Origin: Lingula anatina
Taxonomy: Eukaryota > Animalia > Brachiopoda
Length of the DNA: 64,000 nt
Direction: 5' to 3'
Assembly (NCBI GenBank): GCA_051362555.1
Contig: CM120648.1
Span: forward strand, 2,333,721-2,397,720
Shown here one piece after another: positions 1-11,800 of this stretch (within the stretch, counting starts at the first letter, position 1; every line of letters begins with the position of its first letter). The notes below the pieces were generated by a model. That model ran no database searches and was not told the DNA's origin. It was given only the letters and a program-made list of their open reading frames with translations. The position numbers were made by a program, and so were the translations under genes.

Positions 1-348
1 GGATGTATGAGCATGTCTAAAAATTTCAATATATGGCCCCCAAATCCAATATAGCCGACACAAATACCCGTTCAAATTAAAACTTCAAGTATATATAATC
101 CTATAATAACTTAAGATAACATTTTATGGTTAGACAAGACTATGGTATGCATGAAGTATCAATATTTGATTCTTTAAGTGTATAGAAATGGCCTCCAAAA
201 ATAAGAAAAACAGGCCACTCACAGCAGCAGTATGGTGAATTCATCATGCACTTAAAACTACAAGCATGAAAATTGGCTCAATTGTCCAGAACAGGATTCT
301 AAGCAATTTGTTATATAGGGACATGTCTGAATATTCTAATATGGCCAC
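1..348 (-). mobile_element. Degenerate DNA-transposon subterminal repeat, inverted relative to 2985-3345
   Basis: Reverse complement matches 2985-3345 in blocks (e.g. GCATGTCTAAAAATTTCAATAT vs ATACTGGAATTTTCAGACATGC; AATGGCCTCCAAAA vs TTTTGGAGGCCATT). Truncated by the window start. Confidence 0.65.
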
Positions 349-1503
349 TAAAACCCTTTTAAAGTAAAAAAGACTACTATATAATCTGACTGACAACAGT
401 CTTTACTCTTTTTTGGTTTTTCGCTCCTTTAGTTACATTTAGACCCAAATGACCATAAAAAATGGAACAGGACTCCTTTTGGTCTAGTTGTGACACCACA
501 TGTAGCAATTCTATAAATGTCAAGGATACGAAAATGTCAAGGTATTTTCACAAATAAGTTTCAAATTAACGAAAGTTATTTTATCAAGTAAGTGTTGCAC
601 ATTATGGGCGGTCAACCTTTAACTTTAGTAAATGGACAATATCTCAACAGAGGATAACAACTACCTACACCGAAATTTCTACTTATTTGGTTAAATAATT
701 TTCATTCATTAATGTGTGCCTAGCTTTACTAGTAGTTGTGTTTCCCTCAGCTTTCCCAGTATTTCCTAAAAGCTAAAGCTTCTACATGTAATCAACTTTC
801 CCCAACAAAATACCGAGAGGCATTGGTCGTTTTTAACACCAGAAAGCATCAGTTTACATGCATGAGGGTCCATAGGAACATAAATGAGTGGAAGGGCATA
901 TTAGTAGATGTAGGTTACTAGTGTGAACCCTAGCCTAGCATTGTCTTCCAATGCTTCTGACTCCCCTCACCACAGTTAGCAACTGCACACATAACTACAA
1001 ACAGATGTGGTAGGAGCTACCTGGTAGATTTTGTGAAATTAGATAAAATTAGGAGTTAATATCATAATAATCATCATTGTTGTTGTAGTAACGGTATGTG
1101 ATAGGAATATGATAAAATTTTAACTCTGAAAAAAAAAAAAAAAATGTATTTTTTGTTCAAAGGATACATTTATACATACGGATCAAGCATCCAAAATTAA
1201 AATTTGGCATAACTGTATAGATGGCTTAATTGAGTTTAATGAAAAGGATTTTTATATTCCGGGAACTTTTATTGTTCACGTTGATATAATTTTAAAAATA
1301 ATGTACCATTATTTTTTATAAAGAGGGGAAGGCGTGTGGAATCCTGCACTAACTCCACATTGTGTATTCAGAGTTAATCAACGTATTATTATATAATTTG
1401 CATCTGTCCTGCATACATAAATATTATTTTCGGTAGAGGCCCATAGGTAGGCCTATTCCTTAGGCAGATGCATATCACCTGTTAATATTGCACAACAATT
1501 AGT

Positions 1504-1562
1504 ATGTAAATAAGTAGCAGCCACATGTACACGCATGTAAATAAGTAGCAGCCACATGTACA
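1504..1562. repeat. Direct duplication, ~31-bp period
   Basis: ATGTAAATAAGTAGCAGCCACATGTACAC occurs twice in tandem. Confidence 0.85.
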
Positions 1563-2819
1563 CATAGATTCCCTGTAGATAATCTGTATATAACTTGAAG
1601 CTTGTCCATAATAAAGACACTTTTTGATCTGAGACTGAAGATGTGAGGTTGTTCTGTTATGCTTCTCTGTGCACGTAAAGTGAAAGACTGAGTCGAATCT
1701 GGAGTCATGTCGGAGCCCATAGATTAGTTAATTCGTTAATGGAAATTGATACACTGGAATTCAGTACAGTTATAAATTAAAGTTAAAGTCATTTTAGACG
1801 GTTCACAACACTGGGTAAGTGAATTCTCCTCATGGCTTCATTCTGGATTGTCCCACAGAGACAATGATGCCGGAAATCTCATGAATTTTTACCTTTCAAA
1901 GTCCATATTGCACTAATTTCTTGGTGTAATCCTCAGAATACATCGTTTTTTGAAGTTTTGTATGTATTAACTGTCTGGAGGATTTTAATTCTTTTATTTT
2001 CATGTTCAGTTTTTTGAAAGTATAAGTTTGTAACTAAACAAGTTGCCAAATGATCAAATGAAAACCAAAGTTTGGCGCCTATCAGTGCTTCTTTTTTAGT
2101 GCACGAAGTGTGAAGTCTGCAACGCAACAGCACGTCTCAACACCTGCCCTCTGTTTGGGGTACAGGTATTTCTTTGCTCATAAATTTTCACTAAATTCTC
2201 GGTAGCCATTACTGCGAATGTACTAAAGCCAATTTTTTAAATAAGAAGCTTTTCTAATTTACTTTTGAAGCACAAGATAACATCATAACATTATCGAGTG
2301 CAAATGTGCCCCGCTTTTAGTACTTTACCAATGAAAAACACCAAATTGTTGAGACCTGTATGTTTGATTAGCTGTCATTTTTGTTATATTTATGAGCATT
2401 TGATGAAGCGCCATGCACTGATCTAGCTGAAGAATCATAACCAACAGACAAAATTGGTACACCCCAAGTTTTTTATATTTGCCTCTTTAAGGCTAAGTTA
2501 TTCTGGTGTTTCTTTCACATTTTATGGATTTTGCACGATACTTTTTTTCTTAGAAAGGGGGAGTCACTCATGAGTGCCATATAAGAAGATTGCTAACTGG
2601 GAATTGGTCTAAATGAGAATCCAGAGCAAAAAGTCAAACTACTTATGTTGGTTTATCAAAAGAAGGACTGTTTTCAGTACATAATAAATGTATCATGCTT
2701 GATGGTTTTTTAAAAAAATCTGTAGAATAGCTCCTGCACAGGTAGGAATATGGTGATTATACAGGTAGTTTGCAAAGCCCACATGCCTATTCCTGAGTGA
2801 TTACAATTCAATAGTTGTG

Positions 2820-3448
2820 GTCTGCTGACTTTTGGAGGCTATTTTGGAATTTTAAAACCTTAAGTGGCAGATACTGATACTTCATACATACAATGGTATT
2901 TTCTAACCATTAAATGATATTTTTATAAAAGACTATACAAATAACTTTCACCTTGAAAGGGTATTTTGGGGGCAATATTGAAATTGGCTGCCATATTGGA
3001 ATTTTCAGACATGCCCCTATATCCAACGTTGCTTAGAATCATGTTCTACATAACTGTGCCAATTTTTATGCTTTTAATTGTAAGTGCTTGATGATTTTAC
3101 AAAACTGCTGCATATTTTGCGTAAGTAAACTGCTTATTTTACTTTTGGAGGCCATTTTGGAATTCTAAACACCTGTAGAAGCGGATATTGACAATTCATT
3201 CATAGCATGATATTTTCCAGCTTTAAAATGATATTCTAAACCATTTTAGGACTATATATTAGATGTTTTAATTTAAAAGAGTATTTGTGGCGGCCATATT
3301 GGATTTGGCGGCCATACTGGAATTTTCAGACATGCCCATATATCCAAAAAAGCTTAGAATTCCATTATCTACAACTGTGGCAAATTTCATGCTTGTAGGT
3401 AAAAAACGCACAATTCACCCTTTTTTCTGCACCAATTTCTTGGACTAA
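2820..3448 (+). mobile_element. Non-autonomous DNA-transposon end made of two ~313-bp tandem units
   Basis: ACTTTTGGAGGC(T/C)ATTTTGGAATT at ~2828 and ~3141; GGAATTTTCAGACATGCCC..TATCCAA..GCTTAGAAT at ~2998 and ~3319; ends ...CACAATTCACCC...TTGGACTA. Superfamily not assigned. Confidence 0.6.
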
Positions 3449-3607
3449 TAAGAAGGAAAGTGCATTTGATCTTGTTATAAGAAATAATTGTATTTTCTTG
3501 CCAAAATGTCATGTGTAGGAAATGAATCAGAAATTGCAGTTGATTTTTATAACATTTTTCCCCAGCTATGAACACCTAATACAGTGATGCCTGTTCTGTA
3601 ATTCCAG

Positions 3608-4234
3608 ATGTCGAACCCCAAATATGAGAGACAGGTGGACGACGAGGAAGGCTCCGGGTCGAGCGCCAGCCCTACAGACACTCCCATGGGGGAAAGCAAC
3701 GCACATGACGGACACACGCGATTTCCAACGCTACACTACAAGGCGGGCTACGCCATCTGTGGACGCTTCACGCGACTCGAGCAGTTTCTGGGTCTGCTGA
3801 GTATATTCCTGGCGCTACTCGTTATTATATTCATCTCTATACTGGCATCGCGCCATGATGAGCGGGCACCCTCGCCGCGAGTTGTACCACCTGCCACCAC
3901 TCCCCCAGGTATGGTGGTTTTTATTTCTGGAGTACTTTGTTTTATAGGAGGATGTAATATTGTTTCAATTTTGATTCAATTTAAGAAAAAAATTGGTTCT
4001 TAAAATTCTTCTCATCTTAATAGCATGTTTTAATGGCTAGATATATACATAAAATCATTGATTTTAAAATGAAGCTGTCCAAAAATACATTTTTCCCCAT
4101 ATTAAACAAATTTGCCAAAGCTGATTGCATTAGATCATGCAGAGAATTGCTACTTGTTCTCTGCATCATAATTTGCAATAAGAGAGCCAAAATGGAGCAT
4201 AAAACTCTCTCTCTTTCTCTCATCCCACCATCTC

Positions 4235-4265
<31 letters not shown>

Positions 4266-5840
4266 ACACAACTGCAGAAAATGCCTCTAAAAAGGCAACC
4301 TGCTGTAATTGATGAATCACTATAAGAATATTGCAGAAAAGTTGAGACCCTCTGGCACATCACTGAGGTTGACTGGTGAATATTGATGACATCATCACCA
4401 GCAACATGTATTTACACTTCATGCTAACATTGACGCCAGATTGATGATGTGGAAAATGGGACTAATGCGAAAAAAAATAAGGATTTGGAAACGGCTTTTT
4501 ATTAGTTTTTTTTATGTTATTGGGTCCATAGTCATTGACATCAACTTGCAATGATTAGGTGATTTGGTCAAGTATGAATAAAGATGATCAATTTTAACTT
4601 GGACTTTGCAAATATAGAATCTACTATTAATTGGCATTTGTTGTCTTTTGTGGTATTTATGGAATGTTGTATAGATTTTTCATTAGTTCTGTAGCAGACG
4701 CAGGTGGCATCTAGAAAGGAGAAGAATGTTCAGATTAAAGGGGGGATGCATGGCCACTATTCATGGGGTAATCTGTCAAATCACCCTGAATTTTGTAACT
4801 AACTTGATAAGATGTGATATGCAACACTATAAGCAGCCTGCCTTTGTCATTTCCAGCCAGAGTTTCAGAGATTGCTGGAAATTCATCTCTGTTGGTGGCT
4901 GCTGTTTTCAGTGAATGCTGGAATGATGCTAGTGGAAGGATGTTTCCAATACTTTCTGAAACCATATGTGGTTAAAACAGACCATCCTTGGACATTGCTT
5001 GACTTAAATTTTTGCTCACAAATTGGCAGCCTTCTTGAAAAATGCTCAATGTCTTAGAAGTAGCAACCAAGCTAATTTGACTTCTCTATGCAGCCGTAAG
5101 GAAGGATTTTCTTTTATAAAAGTGTACAGGAAAGATTGCATGGTAGGCGTTATGACAACTCATATCTAGCTCTCTGGAACCCAGGGTGATCAAACCAGCG
5201 CATCCTTGGGCTTTGTTTGACTTAAATTAGTGGACAGAAATTGTTGTTGCAATATTTTAAGGAAGCAGACATTCTTGGAAAGGAACAATCTTGTTTGACG
5301 TCAGTTGGTAATTGTGAAGCCAAGAGGGAACGTAGGAATAATACTTATCACAAAGGTTGTGTATTTATTGGAATAACTCTATGTTCAGCATGATTTAATT
5401 ATACCACTCTCAGTAATCCTTTGTTAGCTTTTCCTTAAACTGTTATATAATGTCTAAATAGAAAGTTGACTTCTTGCCAAAGGGACAATTTTGTGCATGT
5501 CTGAAAATGTAAAATCTTGAAAACCTTGGTCTTATTAAATGTGGTCATGTGACTAGGTTAGGGAATTTTGGGTCAGTTTTTCATAAAAACCTAGGTCAAA
5601 ATTTGATCCTATCTCTAATACCAAAAATTCTGTACATAATTTTTAAAAAAGCCACTGGGTTTTATAGTGTTTATTTTCTTGAATATCTCATGATACTGTT
5701 TGTGGTAGAGAAATGCTGTAAAACTATGTAATTGGCAGAACAAATCTTATTGAATATGGATGTGTTCATTTACACAGTGTTTCCTGCTGTAGGGAGTTCT
5801 TGTTTGCAGGTAACTGAATTGTATTTACAACTCATTAGTT

Positions 5841-5884
<44 letters not shown>

Positions 5885-8800
5885 ATCTTTTTAAATTGGA
5901 AGATCACTCAAACCTTCCCTCTCTTTCTCTCCCCCCCCCCTCCCCCATCACATTTTTGAAATCCATGAGCTACTCTGGCTTCCCAGGCCCACAGCCAGCA
6001 TTTTCAAAGGGTGAGGGGGGTAAAAAAAAGTGGAACTTTTACCATGACACCTTCATGTACCTAGATCAAATTTTACCTAGAACGGACTTATTTCTCTAAG
6101 TAACATGAAAATCTGACTCCTTTAATTATGAAATTTTGACTGGGGAGTCAGATTTTCATCATGACAATCTCACTGTGGAGTTACCCTTTAGGGGAGTTAG
6201 ATTTCCATGGTACACCAGCAAAAGAGGCGGTTGCTTCAAACCCCCTTCGAACCCCAGTTTGTTCAACACCTCCCCCCCCCCCCCTCGGCCCACCCCAGGC
6301 GACGGACCTGCTGCCTGTCCAATACAGATTGACCTTTTGGTTTTATTGCCTTCACAAACGCTGGAAAATCTCTGCTTAATCCCTGAATAATGCACTCTAG
6401 TGGCCAGCTATTGATTTAGGATTTGGTTTAACATTTGTATAGAGGTCATGTTAATAAAATTCATTGCACCTACTGTGACTGTAATAATATTGCTGGAAAG
6501 CAGGCAAAAGTGTTGTTAAGATTGTCTGCCTTGGAGCATGTGTAGACGTGTGTGATTTTGTGCGTGTGGGTGTGTTGTGTACATGTGCATACATTGTGTG
6601 TGTGTGTGTGTGTGTGTGTGTACAGGTGTCTCTGCGTGCATGCGTGTGTGTGTGTCCTTGTGTGTATGTATGTTCGCATATGCCCATGTAAGCACATGTA
6701 TATTTAATTAAACTGCCTCCCATTTCTATACAAAGTGATGAATGACATGTTTCCCAGAAATTTGGTGAATAGAATCTCCCAGGGACTTTTAATGATCTGT
6801 ATACAACAGTGTTATGTGAGAGAGTAAGCCATGTGGAAATCAGATGAAGACTAAAAGCCTTTTGTCTTCAAGTATTGTATCTTAGTGTTCCATCTTAAAT
6901 GTTCAATTTTGAAAGATTGACAGCTAAATGGCCTGGCTATTATGTTAGAGAAACACCTGAGAAGAACTCTCTCCCTTGACACTGACCAATTAATAAACAG
7001 TAGCTGTGTGAATTCAATTAAATGAAATGAAACTAAAATCCTTTTGGGCAGGGTTTTTTGCCAGTATTTTGAAATAGGCAGTTAAAATTCATGTTCCCAC
7101 TGCCCCAGTGATAAAAATCTGCAAAATAGCCGTCCAAATTTGTAAAAGTTGGTTCAAAAGATGACTGAACTGTTGCCTGGCTGTGGACAATAGTGAAGGC
7201 CTGTAATGACTGGTGTCACTGTGTCTAGTGACTCCTATATGCCTTCTAGTCATTGGATGACAGCAGGTTAGATATTGTAGAGTGTGTTGTTGGTTAATCA
7301 CAAGTGAAGAGGCACTGAGACAGACAGTATAGACAGGAATGGACAGACATTCATCAAATTGCCTAAAATGAGTGGTGACAGAGAATTCTGAAAGTCTTAG
7401 GGCTTATTTTAGATGTAAAGACTTGGAGACACGCTGAGTCAGTCTTGGTGGCACCTCCAGACTTGCTATTGTAGTTGATGAGTTTTAGTTGATCAGGTTC
7501 TTAAGAAAGGAAATTACTTTTGCTTGAAGCCAGGCGGGAAGGGTTTATTTTTGGATCCACTTAAATTAGCTAGAGCCTTATACAGAAACACTGAGATAAG
7601 ATACTTCTTTGTTTTTTAGTCACTGTATGATGCTGATTAGATGTTATGATCACCTTGGCCTTGGCCCTGATCACCTTGACCTTGATCACCTTGTCCCTGA
7701 CCCTGATTACCTTCCTATGACCTTTTTAACTTTGCTTCTGAGCTTCAGTTACAAACCATATGCTCCTCAGTTTAGAAACAGAAGAAGGCAGGCATTATTT
7801 TTACCGCTAATTTATTTCTACAAATCACATTGCTATAATTTCTTCTGTACAGGAAATTCATTTTTTTACAACAAAGAATGCAAACTTAAAGCAAAATGAA
7901 AAAAAATTGCAGCAAATGTGCATTTATTGGAGTTTTCAAAAAAAAAAATGTATTGCTGCCAATTTGCAGTCAATTTGAAAGATCATTTTAAGTTTGCAGC
8001 AGGCAGTGAAGCATTTACATTCTTGCAAATTGGCTGCAAATATTCAAGAAGCTCCTTCTTCGCATAATAGTTTGCAAGAAAACATTCAAGTTCTTGAAAA
8101 TTTGGAAGAACACAACATGCAAGACAGTCTGATGCATACTAGATAATTTTTGCTAAGGGAACTGTTGACCTTAATTGTGGTAGACATGCAGTCCCGTATT
8201 GGCTCTGAAAGTAGGCAGATTATGAAAGTGGCATAAGTATTAATGCAAATTTCCAAGAACAAAAAAATCCCTTGTTGCAAATTTGCAGTAAATTTGAAAG
8301 ACAGTCTGATGCAGACTTGATATTTTTTTCTTGCTAAGGGAACTGACAACTTAGATTGCATTCCCAGAGATTTAGATCGATCCATCCGGATTGACCTAAC
8401 TCCCTGGGGTTTCATGCTAAATTGCAGTCAGCCGAGCGTGCACGGAAGTTAATTATCCCCTTACAGCTTTTAGTAGGCAGGACAGACATTTAAGCTGGTT
8501 AAGCTGACACCAATCTAGTGAGACTCCCCAGGCAGATAGATCGAGCTAAATATCTATGGGAATGGGGTCTTAGTGCTAGCCATGTAGTTCCATTTTGGCC
8601 CTAGGAGTAACATTGTGGAAGAAAGTGGTAGCAGTATTGATGATTTTGAAGCATGAATGAAGCAGGACCAATTTTCTACTAGTTCATTTACCAGTACCAT
8701 GGAAACGTTTTTTTCCAGGAACATTACCAGCATTACTCTCTGATAACTAAATAAACCTTATCACATATTTTTTCTCCTCAGCCACAGAAGACAAGTGTGT

Positions 8801-11800
8801 CACTCCAGCATGTGTCACTGTGGCGAGCTCCGTCATCAATGCCATGGATCTCAGCGTGGACCCGTGTGAGGATTTCTACACCTACGTATGTGGGGGGTGG
8901 ATAAAGAAACACCCCATACCCTCAGGTCACTCCCACTGGGGGACATTTGGGGTACTATGGCAACAGAACCAGCTCGCAATGAAAAATGCTTTAGGTGAGA
9001 TTGTAGTTTATAAGGGATATTATTAGTAATGGTTGATAATATTTTAGTGCCCATTCAAAGTTATTTCCTGCTGCCAACTTTGGCTTTGTCATGTGAACTA
9101 TGTAACTTTTATCAAAATCAATGAAAATCAGTGAAAGCTGCTTTTGATATTTGAGGGTATTATTTATGAGGCTTATTAGATCATTTTCATTCTCAGAGTA
9201 GGTGTTGATTTTTTCCCAAATATAAAAGATACAAAAAGGTTCAGAACAGAATTATTTCTGAAAGTATAGATTGTGAATGTTTCACATCAATTTTTTCCAA
9301 ATAAATAATTTCAGACGCACAAGAAAAGTTTGACAGTTTGTCAGAACAAAAAGCCAAAACCTACTACCTGTCCTGCATGGACACCAACAAGACAATTGAG
9401 AAGTTAGGATCTCAGCCATTGCTTGACCTTCTACACGACCTTGACCTAGATAACCTGACAGTGCAGACGGACTATAACCGTGTCCTGAATCTGGTCCAGG
9501 CGTACAATATTGATGTACTGCTGGCTATCTGGGTGGGGGAAGATGAGAGGAATTCTCAGCAAAATATCCTACAGGTTGTTACTGTACTAGTATACTAATA
9601 GACTTTGGTTGACTTTGGTGGGATGTTTTGCATTTTGTATCCTGTTGTTCATAATATTGCAAAATATCAAAAACAAATGTGTTTTTTCATTCAAATATTT
9701 CAAACATTTTCATTTTCCTACATTTCATTTTCAGAAAACTTTAGATTGTATCTGAAGAAGACAAATTTTGAAACTTAAACTAATGAAATCTTATTAAGAC
9801 ATTACTTTACAAAGACATTTTGAATATTAATGTAGGACAACGGTTCTGTTTGATTTACATGCATGTATATGTGGAATTACTGGTATTGCTGTAGTAATGT
9901 AAATTTATTCTTGCAGGTTGATCAGAGTGGCCTGGGGCTTCCTGACAGGGATTATTACCTGAATAAAACAATAGAGGAAGACAAGGTATCAGTTAGCCCT
10001 ATAATTATTCATTGTTGTCCCTGTTGTTTTTATTACAATTTTCTTGAAATAAAAAAACTTTAACCTCCCAGTTCCACTTTCTGCCATGGTTTTTGTCACG
10101 GACTGAAACTGTAATATTGAAATGAAGTTTATGTTCCAGGTGCTTACTGTCACGGTTTGTGTATCAGACTGACAATATTAAAATTAACTCTATTTTCCAG
10201 GTGAAAAAAGTTCATTTTTCCAGGTGCTTACTGTCATGGTTTGTGTATCAGACTGAAAATATAATATAAAAATGAAGTTTATTTTCAGTTGCTTACTGTT
10301 ATGGTTTTTATCACAGCCTGAAAATATAATATTAAAATTAAAAAATAATATTAAATCAAACTCCATTTTCCAGGTGCTGGGGGCCTACCTGGAGTACATG
10401 GGAGAACTGGGGTCACTGCTGGGCTGGGACAAGAATGACACTCTGGACATGGGCAGGAAGATTATAGAGTTTGAAACACGACTGGCAAATGTATGTACTG
10501 TATCAATGGTGATAGGGATTTGTTGCTAATGTACACACACAGGCATGCATGCTCATGTTCGTACAGGTGCATGATATGCATTCGGACATGCACATGCACA
10601 CTCATACACATTCACGCACACAGAACAGTAATGTTAGACAGTATTTCTGTAAAATGCTAGTCAGTATTTCCCACGAAATCTAAAAGTAGAGACAAGAATT
10701 TTTTTAAGGCACATATCAAATGTGATCATTTACATAAAAAATAACACAATCACACACAGATTTTATTTGATTATAATAATATGACAGAATAAGTGAATTT
10801 TGAAAGTTTCCTTCAGATAACAATTCCAGCAGATGAGAGGAGAGACGAGGAGAAAAACTACCACAAGATGTCACTAGCGGAGCTCCAGCAGCTGGCACCA
10901 GTGGTGAGTGAATGTGAATATAGGCTAATAATTAAAAAGATAGATTTAGAAAGAAATACACCTTAATCTTTAGTTAGTATTAATCCTATTGACTGGATAT
11001 TTGAATAATTGTACACTTTAAGATAATTTCCATTACATATATAAGAATCAACTTTTTATTTGAAATTTTTGCGATAGACTTATAAGTTGTCTAAGTTCTT
11101 CAGTTCCCAATGACCATTGACACAAACTGTGAGGCACACACTATATTGATTTCCCTGCATGCTTTTTTTCTCTCCCAATCAGATCAACTGGCTGGGTTAT
11201 TTCAACACTATATTGAAAGTCAGCAACATCACAGTGACCTCTAGTGAGAAGTTGGTGGTATATGCCCCAGAATTCCTAGGAAACATGTCTGCCCTCGTAC
11301 TCAACATGACTTCTACAGAGGAGGGAAAAATGTAATGACTTATCTGTTTTGATTTTTTGTTTGTAAGTTACAGTGAATGGGATTAGCTCCAAAACATGTT
11401 ATCTAATCTGGTTTTTTTCCAAAATTTTATCAAAACTTCATTTTAATATCCAAAGATATGCAACTAGCAAATGCATGCTAACTCCACAGGATCTGTTACT
11501 GAAAGCAATCAGATAAACAGACGGACACAGCTCCTCCTGGCATTGAGTAGAATACAGAGACACTGGTTATTATACAAGTATTTTGAAAACAGTGGGAGCC
11601 AGTTTAGTCTGTTTATCTGATTGCATTTAGCGAGTATCCAGTACATTTAGTGTGTATTTTCTTTCAAGGTTGACATACTTCTTGTTGTTGGAGTTGTCAG
11701 ATAAATAAATAATGAAATTGTTTTTTGGCTTACAGGACTCTTCTGCACTATATGAGGTGGCACATTGTCAAGGCATTCGCACCATATCTGTCCAAGGAGT

